Positions 13,701 to 28,500 of a DNA stretch of 64,000 bases are shown here, in pieces. Position numbers and translations under genes: made by a program. This stretch comes from Felis catus (lineage: Eukaryota), in the NCBI RefSeq assembly GCF_018350175.1, contig NC_058383.1, forward strand, positions 24,182,001 through 24,246,000. Reading direction: 5' to 3'. Position 1 is the stretch's first letter. Each line of letters begins with the position of its first letter. The notes under the pieces were generated by a model. The model saw nothing but the letters and a program-made list of their open reading frames with translations, was not told the DNA's origin and made no database searches.

Positions 13701-16700
13701 TCTCTTCTCAGGGACAAGTGTTTTTTTAGGTATATATTAGGAATAATTGCTGAGTCGTAGGATAAGCACATATTTAGCTTAGTAAACATAGCAATGTTTA
13801 CTAAGTTTACATGTTAAGCAGTTTTACCATTTTATACTTCTATCAGCAATGAGATCCATTTACCATGTTTATATGCTATAATCTGCCTTTTTAGTTTTAG
13901 CCATTCCTGTGGGTGTGTAGTGGTAATGTACTGGTTGGTCTCTTTATTTTTTGCAGTTTTCTTCATAGTTCTGGGAAGAATTCTTGACACAGTGTTCTCC
14001 TTCAGGAGTTCTCTTTTCTGCCACAATTATTTGGTCAGTTTTTTACTAGTCAATCAAGAATTTCATATCATTTTATCCCATTTTCCCTCCTCCAAGTGTT
14101 CTCTTTAATTGTTCAAGTGTTCTCTTTAATTTGATTGAGACTATAAAGCAGAGAGTTTCTAAAGTTTTTCATTTTGGGAAATTATTTTCAAAGTAGACAT
14201 TTCTTATTATTTCTTAGATTGGTGCTTTTATTTCAAAATGCAGTATCTTTTCTACAGGCATTCTTTCCCTTTTCACCTTTATGAAAGAGATTGATGTTTA
14301 TCCATCATGTGGAGGAAACGTGGAGGGAATTCTGTCCAAGACTAAGATGAGTTTTTGCATGATTTAGTGATTTCTTAGTTCTCATTCTAGGTTTTGTTGT
14401 GTTTGATTGTTTTCTTTGTGAATCAACCATGGGATCATCAATGTCAATTTTTGAAGTTTAAAATTAGAATTGGATTGGCACATCTCCAGTTTTCTAACAC
14501 AACGGGTGTCGATGGGAGAACATAAAGTTTGGAGATAAATGGCCTTGTGTTTGAATCCAATTGTATCACCATTTCTTTTTGACTTAATCTCTCTTGATTT
14601 ACTATTAACTTAATCTTATTATTTGGTATAATCTTTCTAAACGTGAGACATCATATCTCTTATAAAAAGGTAAAATTAAGTACATTTGATTTTCTTCCCT
14701 TATTTGTTGCAAAGTTATTCCATCTGAACTAACATTTATTCCTCTGCAGTCACTTCATAGTGGTGTGCCTCATATGCACTTTATCCTAGCTTGGAGACTT
14801 GAAGTTACTTACAGCTGTGAGAAGCACAATGAAAATTTCTCCCTCTTTGTTTGTTCTTATATTTTAAGTTGAAAGATCATTTACTTTGATCAAAAGATTG
14901 AATCAAAACAGGAGTTAAAATTTTTTCTTTCCTTGACCCCAGCACTGAAGCTTCTTTTCCTTCTTGATGATATTTTAGACTTTTCTTTTTCTCATCTCCA
15001 TATCCTAACCTCAAAATCTTATGCCTTTAAACAAGTTGAAGCCAGACTAGAGGAAGGTTTCAGAACACTTCAAAAGAAGCCTTGCCGAAGCATAACAATT
15101 ATCTGGAGCTTTCATGTGCACATTTAATTTCCCTTCTATTTCTTCCTGGTTAACTTGCTGGACCTTGTCTCAAATACTAGCTTTTCTTCTGCTCTACCAA
15201 ATAGATTCGTGTAACCCTCATATACCTTTCCAACTTTTCTGCTTAGGAGCCAGACTTGCTCAAGACACCCTAAATTAACATGAAATGAACTACTTTTTAA
15301 ATTAGTTAAATTTAATTTAAATTTAATTTAATTTAAATTTAATTTAATTTAAATTTAAATTAAACTACTTTTTAAATAACAGATTGGGGTGATAAAATTC
15401 CTCATGATATTCTGTAACAACTCTATTATTCTTGTTTATTGAATTTTAGCTGTCAGTCTATTTTCTCTATCTTTGGGATCTGTGGTAAAAATTTCATTTT
15501 TGAAGCTTCCAAACAATCTTGAGGTTATGTTACAGAAACTTGCTTTTCTATGTATCTTCCAATATTGGCCTGTATCTAAAAATACCAGATCCTTCCTTCT
15601 TTCCTACCATGAAATTTACCATGATGTTGTACATTTTCCGTAAAATATCTGACTCTTTTTTCCTTCAACCAACATTTTCTTGATTATCAGAATTAGAAAT
15701 AGAGAGTTAGTTTTTTTTTTATTTCCTCCACTTTTCTAAGACATATTTGTTGGCGACAATCCTCAGAGACCCATCAGGAAATCTGCTTTGAGGTAAATGA
15801 AATATTTGTTGCGTGACTATACTTGATTACTCTCTTTATTATGTTGTCCTGCTTAATTAAACCTTATATCAGGAATAACACACTTCCTCCTTTTAACTTG
15901 TAGGAGTTTCACAAAATTATACTTGTTTCTTTTTCTTCCTATTATCACCTGCTGGTTTCCCTTTATATTTATAACCTCTTCAAAAAATTTTAAAAAAACG
16001 TTTATTTATTTTTGAGACAGAAAAAAAGAGTGAGAGCAGGACAGTCTCTAACTCATGAACTTTAGCCTGTAAATATTCCCTGATATGTAGCACTATTATG
16101 AGACCCATCTTATGTCTCTGTGCCTTCGGAAGGCTGCATATCACTCCACTGCTACATTCTGAACTTAAGCTTCATTCCAACAAGTCTCAGCACTGTTTTA
16201 CAGCAAGTTACAACACTGTTGTAAAGTTTCAAGAGTACTTTCCTTACGAGATACATTCAACGAATCAGAATACAAGTATATGCTGTTAACATTCTTTTTC
16301 TCTTCCTTATTGTTTATTCAGATTTGTGAATAAATCCGTATTAGAACAATATCTTGCAAACAGTTAGTGCTCAATTATTATTAGCTATGAAAATCTTAGC
16401 TGGAATGAAAGATCACTAAGAATTGTAACCATCATTTCTTTTTTTTTTTTATATCATACTCTGAAAAAATAGATCCATAGGTATTTTTGTCTTAAAATTG
16501 TTTTTCCTATTTCATACTTTAAAACATCTCCCTGTTAGAAAAACACATTCTTCCCTAATTTCATGGCTTTCAGTTTATTCTGTAGTGAGTCCATCATTCT
16601 AAATCTGAATTTATTGCCCAGCAATGTATAATTAGTTGTTCACCTTCTGGATCTTCTTTCTTTTTCTGTTCTTGAAACCCAAATGATTAGTAAGAATATG

Positions 16701-19700
16701 TGATAAACATCCTTTGCTTCCAAATATGAAGGTATGATAAAATATGGAGAAGATATTATCAATATGAATATGAAGATATGATACAATAAATAAGAATACA
16801 TTTTATAAATATGAAACAAATATACAGAAAATATCATCTCCTTCAGAATATTTTCATTTCCAGTTTTAGACATTTTTTGAGACTGCCATTTGTGTCCACA
16901 TGAATAAAGACAGGCAGATAGTGTGATAAGTTTAAAGAAGTGGTTTACCTTTATGTCTCCTTCAAGAGAGACTGTGCATTTCACACGGATCACAAATGTC
17001 ACAATGGGCCAAAGCACTCATCTGGCTCCCAACTTTACTGAATGAGTCAACCACCATGCATCTTTGAGGTTACATATCTAGAATTTTATTTCTAATTCTC
17101 CATGGTATTTCATTCTCTTATTCCAGAATATGACTAGAATTTTAATTCCATTCTGGTGCCTGATCACACTATACCATTCTGCTGATTCTCAAGAACTTTC
17201 AGATTTACTAGAAAAGAGGGCATTAAAGTCCTTCATATTCTTCTTGAATATGACAACTGGCTTTACTTTAGGAAATACTACATCAACTACTTACTTGTAT
17301 ATTACAAGAAGATAAAAATATCATACTCTGAAAGTCTCTGATAAGTACGTTTAGTTTCCATTTCCCTTTATTAGGATGGTTGTCTTAGGTACAGTTATTA
17401 TTCTTTGTGATTCCCTTTGATGAAAAACTTGCTTAGCTAGTGTAGTCAAACTGCCTATTTACTCGAAGTTCTTGTCACCTTGACTTCAAGAGCCACCACT
17501 AAATTTTTATCTCATTATATTTATATTTCCATTCACTTCACTCACCAGACAAGTTTTACTCTACCAATACCATCCATTATAACCAATTAAAACCAGGAAT
17601 CTATAGCCAAAAGCAGAATCCTTCTTTTCAGTGCAAGTGATAGCAATGACTGGAGTTTTGGTTTGTTAAATAAACTCTATTTGCTATGCCTTCAGAAACC
17701 AGAAAGAGCAATAATAACATCTGGTTATCTAAACATCAATCATTTTACATTCTTTGGACTCATACCTGTGTGTATACTCTTTGGGTAGAAGAAAAGATAT
17801 TTCATTATTAACATTCTTCTCCAAAGTGGCTTCTGGTATATGATACTGAATAAATTTTAAGATTTCTTCATCATTGCAGTGAGCCTCCTTCACCATGACC
17901 ATGTGGTATCCCACACCTGAGAAAATCCATTTAGAAGAATGAATAAAACAATTTTGTATTTCCAATATTCTTGTGAGACCACACTTGGCTTTCCATGGTT
18001 TGGGTGAGGTAGAATATAAGGCATGCTAATCATATGATTACAAGTCTAAGAAATCTAGTAAATACTTCTTTTGTAATTTCATTAATTTTCTTAGGGGCTG
18101 AGAGAACAGAGATAGGGAAAAATCTCTGTTACATAGTCTCTTGTTCTACTGACAATAAAATCTGAGAAAACAAGGTTAATATTCATTAAACAGATATACA
18201 TTTGGTGCCTATTATATGTAAGGGAGTAAATTAATCAGATACAAGTCCTTTCCTTCAGAGATCTGAGAAACCTTTCCAAAGTAGTCTCCACCTCCACTAC
18301 CTGCATTGCCCTAGGCTCTCAAAGGCGTGGCTGGGGGTGGGGTGGAGGAAGGGTAAGGCAGTAAAAACAAACAAACAAACAAACAAATGAACAAAAATGC
18401 CGTCAGGGCTCTTCAGAACTTTGTGAAAACATTGCAGTGGTACTCTGATAGCTCAGGACAGGACAAAAAAGCTAAGAAAAATACTTCTGAGGTACATCAG
18501 TCCTTTATTACAGTGGGCCTTTAAAGGGTAGGAAGAGGGCAGCAGCATAGAGAGAAAACCTTTGAGGTAAAGAAAATAGTTTAGAAATGGAAAGCAAAGA
18601 GCATTTGTCAGATCTAAAAGCTGGGAACTGAATTATAGCTTCACAAGATCCCCATGATCTCATTCATATACAGATCCCATCCTCTGCTAAGAGCAAAATC
18701 CTGATCCTATTACTAACACACTTGACGACAGTGATAAAGAAAATCTAAATAAAGGTGTAATACATCCCAATATTTGCTCGAATACAGGTTATATTAACTC
18801 AGTCTTCCATAACAGTGGCCTAATAGACCAGGGTATACCATTTACTGAGGATAATTATCAATTACTTTAGTCTCCACTATTATTTTATTCACAAATTGAA
18901 TTCTAAAAATGAAAAAAACATGCAAGGAAACTAGAAAATATAACACTAAATGGGATGGAAAAAATCAAGAGAAGCAGACACAGAAATGTTTTCCAATAAG
19001 AAAACATATATATCCAGAATATGGCTCTATTAAATGGGGATCTATCTAACTTACCTGACAGAGAATTTAAAATAACATAATAAAGATGCTCACCAAGGTC
19101 AGGATACCAATGCATGAACAAAGTGAGAATTTCAACAAAGAAACAGAAAGCTTAAGCAGTACCGAAAAGAGGCTCCAAGGAGGAGCCAAGATGGCGAAAC
19201 AGCATGGAAGTTTTTTGTGTGTCTCACATCCATGAAATACAGCCAGACCAATACTAAACCATCCTACACACCTAGGAAACTTATTGGAGGATTAGCACAA
19301 CAGTCTGCACAACCTGAACTACAGAATTCATCAGGTACGTGGCACAGAGAGGTGAATTTGGGGAGCAAGAAGCTGCTGAGGGTAGGGAACCGCTTTTGTG
19401 GGCGGAGAGAGGACAGAGACTGGGGAGGGGGGCAGAATACGGGAAAAGTACCCCTCCCCAAAAGCAGCTGGAGAGAAAGTGGAAAATTGGAAACAGCCAC
19501 AGGGGCTAAACTAAAAAGGAGAAAGGAGAAAGGAGAGGGTTTAAATTCCATTAGCACTGTAAACAAAGGGAGTGCAAAGGCTGCAACTCCTCAGCTCGAT
19601 ACCTGGTGGTGCTCTGGTGGGAAGGGCGAATCCCCAGGAACAGAGTGGGGTCCAGGAAGTTCTCGAGCTACACAGGGAAAAGTGGTTCCACTGCTGGAAG

Positions 19701-22700
19701 GACATTTGGTAGAGACTGTTGAAGCCACCTGGTCCCAGCAGATCCCAGAAAACAGTCACATTCACTGGTGCTGGAACAAGGTCATTAAGTGTGAAGCCTG
19801 GTGCCAGATGTGTGTTGTGATTTTTCATAATCCCTGAAATGCTGCTGCTACACTATCTCGCAAACTTTTTCTGGGGTGGGCTGGCACCTGGCTGCAGTCT
19901 CGGGACACCGGCAGCAGCAGGGTCCAGCAAGTGTTCCTAGGTGCAGCCGACATTTGGCCATTGCTCATTCGGCCACTGCTCGGTGAGACCCTCCTGCAGA
20001 GGGACGGAACAGGTCAAAGCCGCAGTCCTTCAGAAGTAAGGGGCCGGGGAAAACAGCTGCATCTGAGACAAAACTCAGGAGAGAGGTACTGCCTGGGGCC
20101 TGGTCACAGAGAGTGAAAAAGCAGGGAGTGGATGAAAGCTGAAGACAGAGGACGGGTGCATGATTGCTGATCTGGGAGAACAGACTGGGTAGCTGGGTGG
20201 CGCCGTTTTCACCACTCCCAGGCATGTGCATACACACCTATGAGCACCGCAACAATCCACCCCAGTAGGCTTGCAGTGCCTTCTAGTGGAGAGTGGAGCT
20301 GTTACACTGAGCCCGGGCCAAATTTGCTCTTCAAGAACACAGGTCTATCCACCAGGTTAGTTTATGGACTATAAAGCGCTACAGAGACTGATTTCTAGGG
20401 GAAAACAAAGTAATTTCAGCCCTACTTCAATCTGTTAGCAGGTTCATCTATTCAATTTTCTTTCTTTCTTTCTTTTTCTCTTTTGCACTTCTTTTTCTTG
20501 AATACAGAAGGAGAGAGAATTCATTTTTATTTTTAATTTTTATTAAAAATATTTTTCTTAAATTTTTATTACTATATTTTTTAATTTTCTGTAAATTTTT
20601 TCAAATTCTATTTTACCCCCATCATCTCATTTTAGTCTACTTCAGTGTATTTTTTTCAAATTCTCAAATGATTTCCTTTTTTTTCTGCTCTGACCTTTTT
20701 TCTCTAATCTGTCAAACCACTTTCAACACCCAGACCAAAACACACCAAGGATCTAGCATCATCTATTTTATTTTTGTGTGTGTGTTTTTAATTTTTAATT
20801 TTAATATTTTTTTATTTCAATTTTTTATTTTCAATTTTTCTACCTCATTAATTCCTTTTCTCCCTTCAAAATGACAAAACAAAGAGCACCCCAAAAGAAA
20901 GAGCATGAAGAAATGACAGCCAGGGATTTAACCAACACAGACACAAGCAAGATGTGTGAACCAGGATTTAGAATCACGATAATAAGAACACTAGCTGGAG
21001 TCAAAAATAGATTAGAATCCCTTTCTGCAGAGATAAAAGAAGTAAAAAATATCCAGAATGAAATTAAAAATGCTATAACTGAGCGGCAACCATGGATGGA
21101 TGCAGCGGCGGCAAGGATGGATGAGGCAGAACAGAGAATAAGTGATATAGAGGACAAACTTATAGAGAATAATGAAACAGAAAAAAAAGAGGGAGATTAA
21201 GGCAAAAGAGCATGATTTAAGAATTAGAGAAATCAGTGACTGATTAAAAAGGAACAAAATCAGAATCATAGGGGGTCCCAGAAGAGGAGAGAAATAGGGG
21301 TAGAAGGGTTATGTGAGCAAATCATAGCAGAAAACTTTCCTAACCTGGGGAAAGACACAGACATCAAAATCCAGGAAGCACAGAGAACCCCCATTAGATT
21401 CAACAAAAATCAACCATCAACAAGGCATATCATAGTCAAATTCACAAAATACTCAGGCAAGGAGAGAATCGTGAAAGCATCAAGGGAAAAAAAAAACCCC
21501 TAATCTACAAGGGCAGACAGATCAGGTTTGTGGCAGACCTATCCACAGAAACTTGGCAGGCCAGAAAGGAGTGGCAGGATATATTCAATGTGCTGAAACA
21601 GAAAAATATGCAGCCAAGAATTCTTTATCCAACAAGGCTGTCATTCAAAATAGAAGGAGAGAGAGAAAAAGTTTCTCAGACAAACAAAAACTAAAGGAGT
21701 TTGTGACCACTAAACCAGCCCTGCAAGAAATTTTAAGGGGACTCTCTGAGGGGAGAAAAGATGAAAATATACATATAAAAATAAATAAATACCAAAAGCA
21801 ACAAAGATTAGAAAGGACCAGAAAACACCACCAGAAACTCCAACTCTACAAGCATCATAATGGCAATAAATTCATATCTTTCATTACTCACTCTAAATGT
21901 CAGTGGACTCAAGGCTCCAATCAAAAGACACAGGATAACAGAATGGATAAGAAAACAAGATCCATCTATATGCTGTTTACAAGAGACCCACTTTAGACCT
22001 AAAGACACCTTCAGATTGAAAATAAGGGGATGGAGAACCATCTATCATGCTAATGGTCAACAAAAGAAAGCTGGAGTAGCCATACTTATATCAAACAATC
22101 TAGACTTTAAAATAGACTGTATCAAGACAAGCAGAAGGGCATTATATCATAATCATGGGGTCTATCCACCAAGAAGACCTAACAATCGCAAACATTTATG
22201 CGCAAAATGTGACAGTACCCAAATATATAAATCAATTAATCACAAACATAAAGAAACTCATCAATAGTAATACCATAATAGCAGGAGACTTCAACACCCC
22301 ACTCTGAGCAATGGACAGATCATCTAATAAAAAAATCAACAAGGAAACAATGGCTTTGAATGAAACACTGACCAGATGAACTTAACAGATATATTCAGAA
22401 CATTTCATCTTGAAGCAGCAGAATATACATTCTTCTCCAGTGCACATGGAATGTTCTCCAGAATAGACCATATACTGGGACAAAAATCAGCCCTAAGTAA
22501 GTACAAAAAGATCGAGATCATACCGTGCATATTTTCAGATCAAAACGCTACGAAACTCAAAATCAACCACAAGAAAAAGTTTGGAAAGGTAACAAATACT
22601 TGGAAACTGAAGAACACCTACTAAACAATGAATGGGCTAACCAAGCTGTTAAAGAGCAAATTAAAAAGTATATAGAAGTCAATGAAAATGATAACACCAC

Positions 22701-25505
22701 AACCCAAAACCTCTGGGATGCAGCAAAGGGGGTCATAAGAGGAAAGTATACAGCAATCCAGGCCTTTCTAAAGAAGAAAGGGGATCTCAGATACACAACC
22801 TAACATTACACCATAAGGATCTGGAAAAAGAACAGCAAATAAAACCCCAAACCAGCAGAAGACAGGAAATAATAAAGATTAAAGCATAAATTAATGCTAT
22901 CAAAACTAAAAACACAGTAGAACATATCAATGAAACCAGAACCTGGTTCTTTGAAAGAATTAACAAAATTGATAAACCAGTAGCCTGTTTGATCAAAAGA
23001 AAAAGGAAAGGCTCCAAATAAATAAAATCAAGAATGAAAGAGGAGAGATCACAACCAACACAACAGAAATAAAAACAATAATAAGAGAATATTATGAGCA
23101 ATTATATGCCAACAAAATGGGCAATCTGGAAGAAACGGACAAATTCCTAGAAACATATACACTACCAAAAGTGAAACAGGAAGAAAGAGAAAATGTGAAC
23201 AGACCCATAACCAGTAAGGAAATAGATTAGTAATAAAAAATCTGCCAAAAAATGAGTCCAGGGCCAGATGGCTTTCCAACGGAATTCTACCAAACATTTA
23301 AGGAAGAGTTAACACCTATTCTCTTGAAGCTGTTCCAAAAAATAGAATGGAAGGAAAACTTCCAAACTCTTTCTATGAAGGCAGCATTACCCTGATTCCA
23401 AAACCAGACAGAGACCCCCACTAAAAACGAGAACTGTAGACCAGCTTCCCCGATGAACATGGACACAAAAATCCTCAACAAGACATTAGCCAACCAGATC
23501 CAACAATACATTAAAAAAATTATTCACCACGACCAAGTGGGATTTATAACTGGGATGTAGGGCTGGTTCAATATCCACAAAACAATTAACGTGATTGATC
23601 ACATCAATAAAAGAAAGGACAAGAACCATATGATCCCCTCAATAGATGCAGAGAAAGCATTTGACAAAATACAGCATCCTTTCCTGATAAAAGCCCTCAA
23701 GAAAGTAGGGATAAAAGGAGCATACCTTAAGATCATAAAAGCTATACATGAATGACCCAATGCTAATATCATCCTCAATGGGGAAAAACTGAGAGCTTCC
23801 CCCTAAGGTCAGGAACAAGACAGGGATGTCCACTCTCATCACTGTTATTCAACATAGTATTGGAAGTCTTAGCCTCTGCAATCAGACAACACAAAGAAAT
23901 AAAAGGCATCCAAATCGGCCAGGAGGAGATCAAACTTTCACTCTTCGCAGATGACAGGATACTCTCTATGGAAAACCCAAAAGATTCCACCAAAAAAAAC
24001 TGCTAGGAATGATCCATGAATTCAGCAAGGTTGCAGGATATCAACACACAGAAATTGATTGCATTCTTATACACCAACAATGAAGCGACAGAGATATCAA
24101 GGAATCGATCCCATTCACAGTTGTGCAAAAAACCATAAAATACCTAGGAATAAATCTAACCAAAGAGGTGAAAAAAACTATACACTGAAAACTATAGAAA
24201 GCTTATGAAAGAAATTGAAGAAGACACACACAAAAAAGGAAAAATATTCCATGTTTCTGGATAGGAAGAACAAATATTGCTAAAATGTCAATACTACCCA
24301 AAGCAATCTACATATTCAATGTAATCCCTATCAAAGTAACACCAGCATTCTTCACAGAGATAGAACAAATAATCCTAAAATTTATTTGGAACCAGAAAAG
24401 ACCCTGAATAGTCAAAGTGATCCTGAAAAAGAAAACCAAAGCAGGAGGCATCACAATCCCAGACTTCAAGGTATACTACAAAGCTATAATCATCAAGACA
24501 GTAAGGTACTGGCACAAAACAAACACTCAGATAAATGGAACAGAATAGAGAACCCAGAAATGGACCCAAAAATGTATGGCTAACTAATCTTTGATGAAGC
24601 AGGAAAGAATATCCAATGGAATAAAGATAGTGTCTTCAGCAAGTGGTGCTGGGAAAACTGGACAGTGACATGCAGAAGAATGAACCTGGACCACTTTCTT
24701 ACACCAGACACAAAAATAAACTCAACATGCATGAAAGACCTAAATGTAAGACAGGAAGCCATCAAAATCCTCGAGGAAAAATCAGGCAAAAACCTCTTTG
24801 ATCTTGGCCACAGCAACTTCTTACTCAACACGTCTCTGAGGCAAGGGAAACAAAAGCAAAAATGAACTACTGGGACCTCATCAAAATAAAATATTCTGCA
24901 CAGCGAAGGAAACAATCAGTAAAACTAAAAGGCAACTGACAGAATGGGAGAAGATATTTGCAAGTGACCTATCAGATAAAGGGTTAGTATCCAAAATCTA
25001 CAAAGAACTTATCAAACTCAACACCCAAAAAACAAATAATCCAGTGACGAAAAGGGCAAAAGACATGAATAGACACTTCTCCAAAAAGACAGCCAGATGG
25101 CCAACCAACACATGAAAAAATGCTCAACATCACTCATCATCAGGGAAATATAAATCAAAACCACCATGAGATACCACCTCAGACCTGTCAGAATCGCTAA
25201 CGTTAACAATTCAGGCAACAACAGATGTTGGTGAGGATGCAGAGAAAGAGGATCTCTTTTGCATTGTTGGTGGGAATGCAAGCTGGTGCAGCCACTCTGG
25301 AAAACAGTATGGAGGTTCCTCAAAAACTAAAAATAGAACTACCCTACGACCCAGCAATTACACTACTAGGCATTTATCCACGGGATAGAGGTGTGCTGTG
25401 TCGAAGGGACACATGCACCCCCATGCTTATGGCAGCACTATCAACAATAGCCAAAGTATGGAAAGAACCCAAATGTCCATCATGGATGAATGCATAAAGA
25501 TAAAT

Positions 25506-25567
<62 letters not shown>

Positions 25568-28500
25568 ATCCATATATATATCCATATAATGGATAAAGAT
25601 GAATGGTGTATACACACACACACACAATGGAGTATTACTTGGCAATCAAAAAGAATGAAATCTTGCCAATTGCAACTATGTGGATGGAACTAGAGGGTAT
25701 TATGCTAAGCAAAATTAGTCAGAGAAAGACAAATATCATATGGCTTCACTCATATGAGGACTTTAAGACAAAGAACAGATGAACATAAGGGAAGGGAAGC
25801 AAAAACAATATATAAACAGGGAGAGGGACAAAACATAAGAGACTTTTAAATATGAAGAACAAACAGAGGGCTACTGGAGGGGTTGTGGGAGGGGGGGATG
25901 GGCTAAATGGGTAAGGGGCATTAAGGAATCTACTCTTGAAATCACTGTTTCACTATATGCTAACTAATTTGGATGTAAATTAAAAAAAAAAAAGAAGTAC
26001 CAAAAAGAAGTTGCAGAGCTGAAGAATATAGTAACTAAATTGAAAAATTCATTATACAGGTTCAAAAGTGGACTACATAAAGTGGACAAAAGGATGGGTG
26101 ATCTCAAAGTCAAGTCATTAATTGGTCAAGTGAATTAATTAGTCAAGTGAATAATTTCACTCAGAGGAACAAAAGAAAACAAAAAAGAATGAAAAAGAGT
26201 AAATAAAGCCCAAGAGACTTATGGAATATCACTAAGTAGAGCAATAAATGCAATATAAGAGTCCCATATGGGGAGAAAGTGGGGGGAGTTAGAAAGTTTA
26301 TTCAAAGAAATAATGGCTGAAAACTTCCGAACCAAGGAAAACAAATGGACATTCCGGGTCACAAATGCAAAAGATCTATACTAGATGAATCCAAAGATAT
26401 CTACAATAAAACACATTATAATCCAATAGTAAAAAGTCAAAGACAAAGAGAGGGTTTTGAAAAGCAAGTTGTCACATACAAGGGAACACACATGAGACTA
26501 TTAGCTGATTTTTCAGCAGAAACCTGAAAAGATGGCTAGAAGGGAATGATGAGATATATTCAAAGTACTCAAAGAAAAAATTACCAAGAATACTATACAT
26601 GGCAAAGTGTCTTTCAAAAATTAAGGAGCAAGATTTTACTAGACAAACAAAAGCTAAGAGAGTTTACTACCACTATATCTGCATTATAAGAAATGCTAAA
26701 GGGAGTTATTCAAATTGAAAAGAAAAGGAAAGAAAGGATGGTAAACAGTAATACAAAGTCATATGAAAGTATAAATCTCACAGGTAGTGTTAAATATACA
26801 GACAAATACAGAATAATTTATATTGTAATGGTGGTGGGTAAATTACTTAAAGAAACTTGTTTTTAATCTTTCTTTATTTTGAGAGAGAGACAGAGTGTGA
26901 GCAGGGGTGGAGCTGATGGGAGGGAGACACAGAATCAGAAGCAGGCTCCAGGCACTGAGCTATCAGCACAGAGCCCAACATGGGGCTCAAACTCACGAAT
27001 TGTGAGATCATGACCTGAGCCGAAGTTGGATGCTTAACTGACTGACCCACCCAGGCACCCCTAAATTACTTTTAATTCTACTATAAAAGTTAAAAGATAA
27101 AAGCATTAAACACTATAACTAAAAAGTGTTATATTTTTAATAAAAAGTATAACTAAATAATAAGATACACAATACACAACACAAATAGATATAAATCTGA
27201 TATCAATAACTAAAGTTTTATGAGGGGAGTAAAGAAAACAGTTTTTTATATGCAATGGAGGTTAAGTTGTTATCAGCTTATAATATACTGTTATATTTTA
27301 TGTACATCCCATAATAACCACAAAGAAAATATGCCTAGAAATTACACAAAAGAAAAAGAAAGAAATCAAAACATATCAATACAAAAATTAGTAAAAAGGA
27401 AATGAAGACAGCAAGAGATGAAAAGAAGGACATAAGAACTTCAAGGCAAATGGGACATGATTAGCAATAGTACTTCCTTATCAAAATATGTGTTAAATAA
27501 AAACTGATTAAACTCTCCAATCAAAAGACAGAGTAACTGAATACATAAAAAAAAAAGATCCACTCCTAAAAGAGAACACTGAGTTAAAAGCCTCTTGACA
27601 TAGGTCTTGGCAATGATTTTTTTTGGATATGAAGTCAAAAGCACAGGAAACCAAATAAAAGAGTAGTTTGACTACACCAAACTAAAAACATTCTGAGAAG
27701 CAAAGGAAACAATCAACAAAATGGAAAGGCTACATACAGAATAAAGGAAAATGTTTGCAAACCAAAAATTTCTAGAAGAAAATACAGGCAGTAATCTGAC
27801 ATTGGCTGTAGAAACATTTTTCTAGACAGGTCTCTGACAAGGAAAACAAAAGCAAAATTAAATTATTGAGATTACACCCAAACAAGCTTTTGCACAGGGA
27901 AGGAAACCATCAACAAAACAAAAACACAGCACATTGATTGGGAGAAGTTATTTGCAAATGATAACCAATAAAGGGTTAATATCCATGATATATACATATG
28001 TATATATATGTATATATACATATGTATATATATAACTTTTATATATATAAATTATGCAACTCAACTCCAAAAAACAAATAATCCAATTAAAAAACAAATA
28101 ATCCAATTAAAACCAGACATTTCTCCAAAGAAGACATACAGAAGGCCAATAGACACATGAAAAGATGCTCAACATCACTTATCATCAGGAAAATGCAAAT
28201 CAAAACCACAAGGAGAATCACCACATGCCTGTCAGAATGGCTAGAATCAGTAACACAAGAAACAACAGGTGATGGTGAGGATGTGGAAAAAAAAGAATCT
28301 GTTAGTGGGAATGGAAATTGGTGCTGCCACTGTGGAAAACAGTATGGAGGTTCCTCAACAAATTAAAAATAGAACTACTATATGATCCAGCAATTCCACT
28401 ACTGGGTATTTACCCACAGAACACAAAAACAGTAATTCAAAAAGATACATGTACCTGTATGTTTCCTTTAGCATTATTTATCATAGCCAAGATATGGAAG

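Noticed and set aside
19217..20260. 206-aa and overlapping ORFs in the L1 5'UTR (ORF0-like?)
   Set aside because: GC-rich UTR with overlapping ORFs on both strands and no recognisable motif; no support for coding.
27550..27580. Multi-kb ORF2 deletion in the old L1 as another splicing event
   Set aside because: No GT-AG boundaries can be shown at gatcca|ctcct; a DNA-level deletion is more likely.
28071..28110. 20-bp tandem duplication (similar ones at about 14092-14130 and 26108-26155)
   Set aside because: Ordinary slippage duplications; no spacers or associated genes, so not CRISPR-like.
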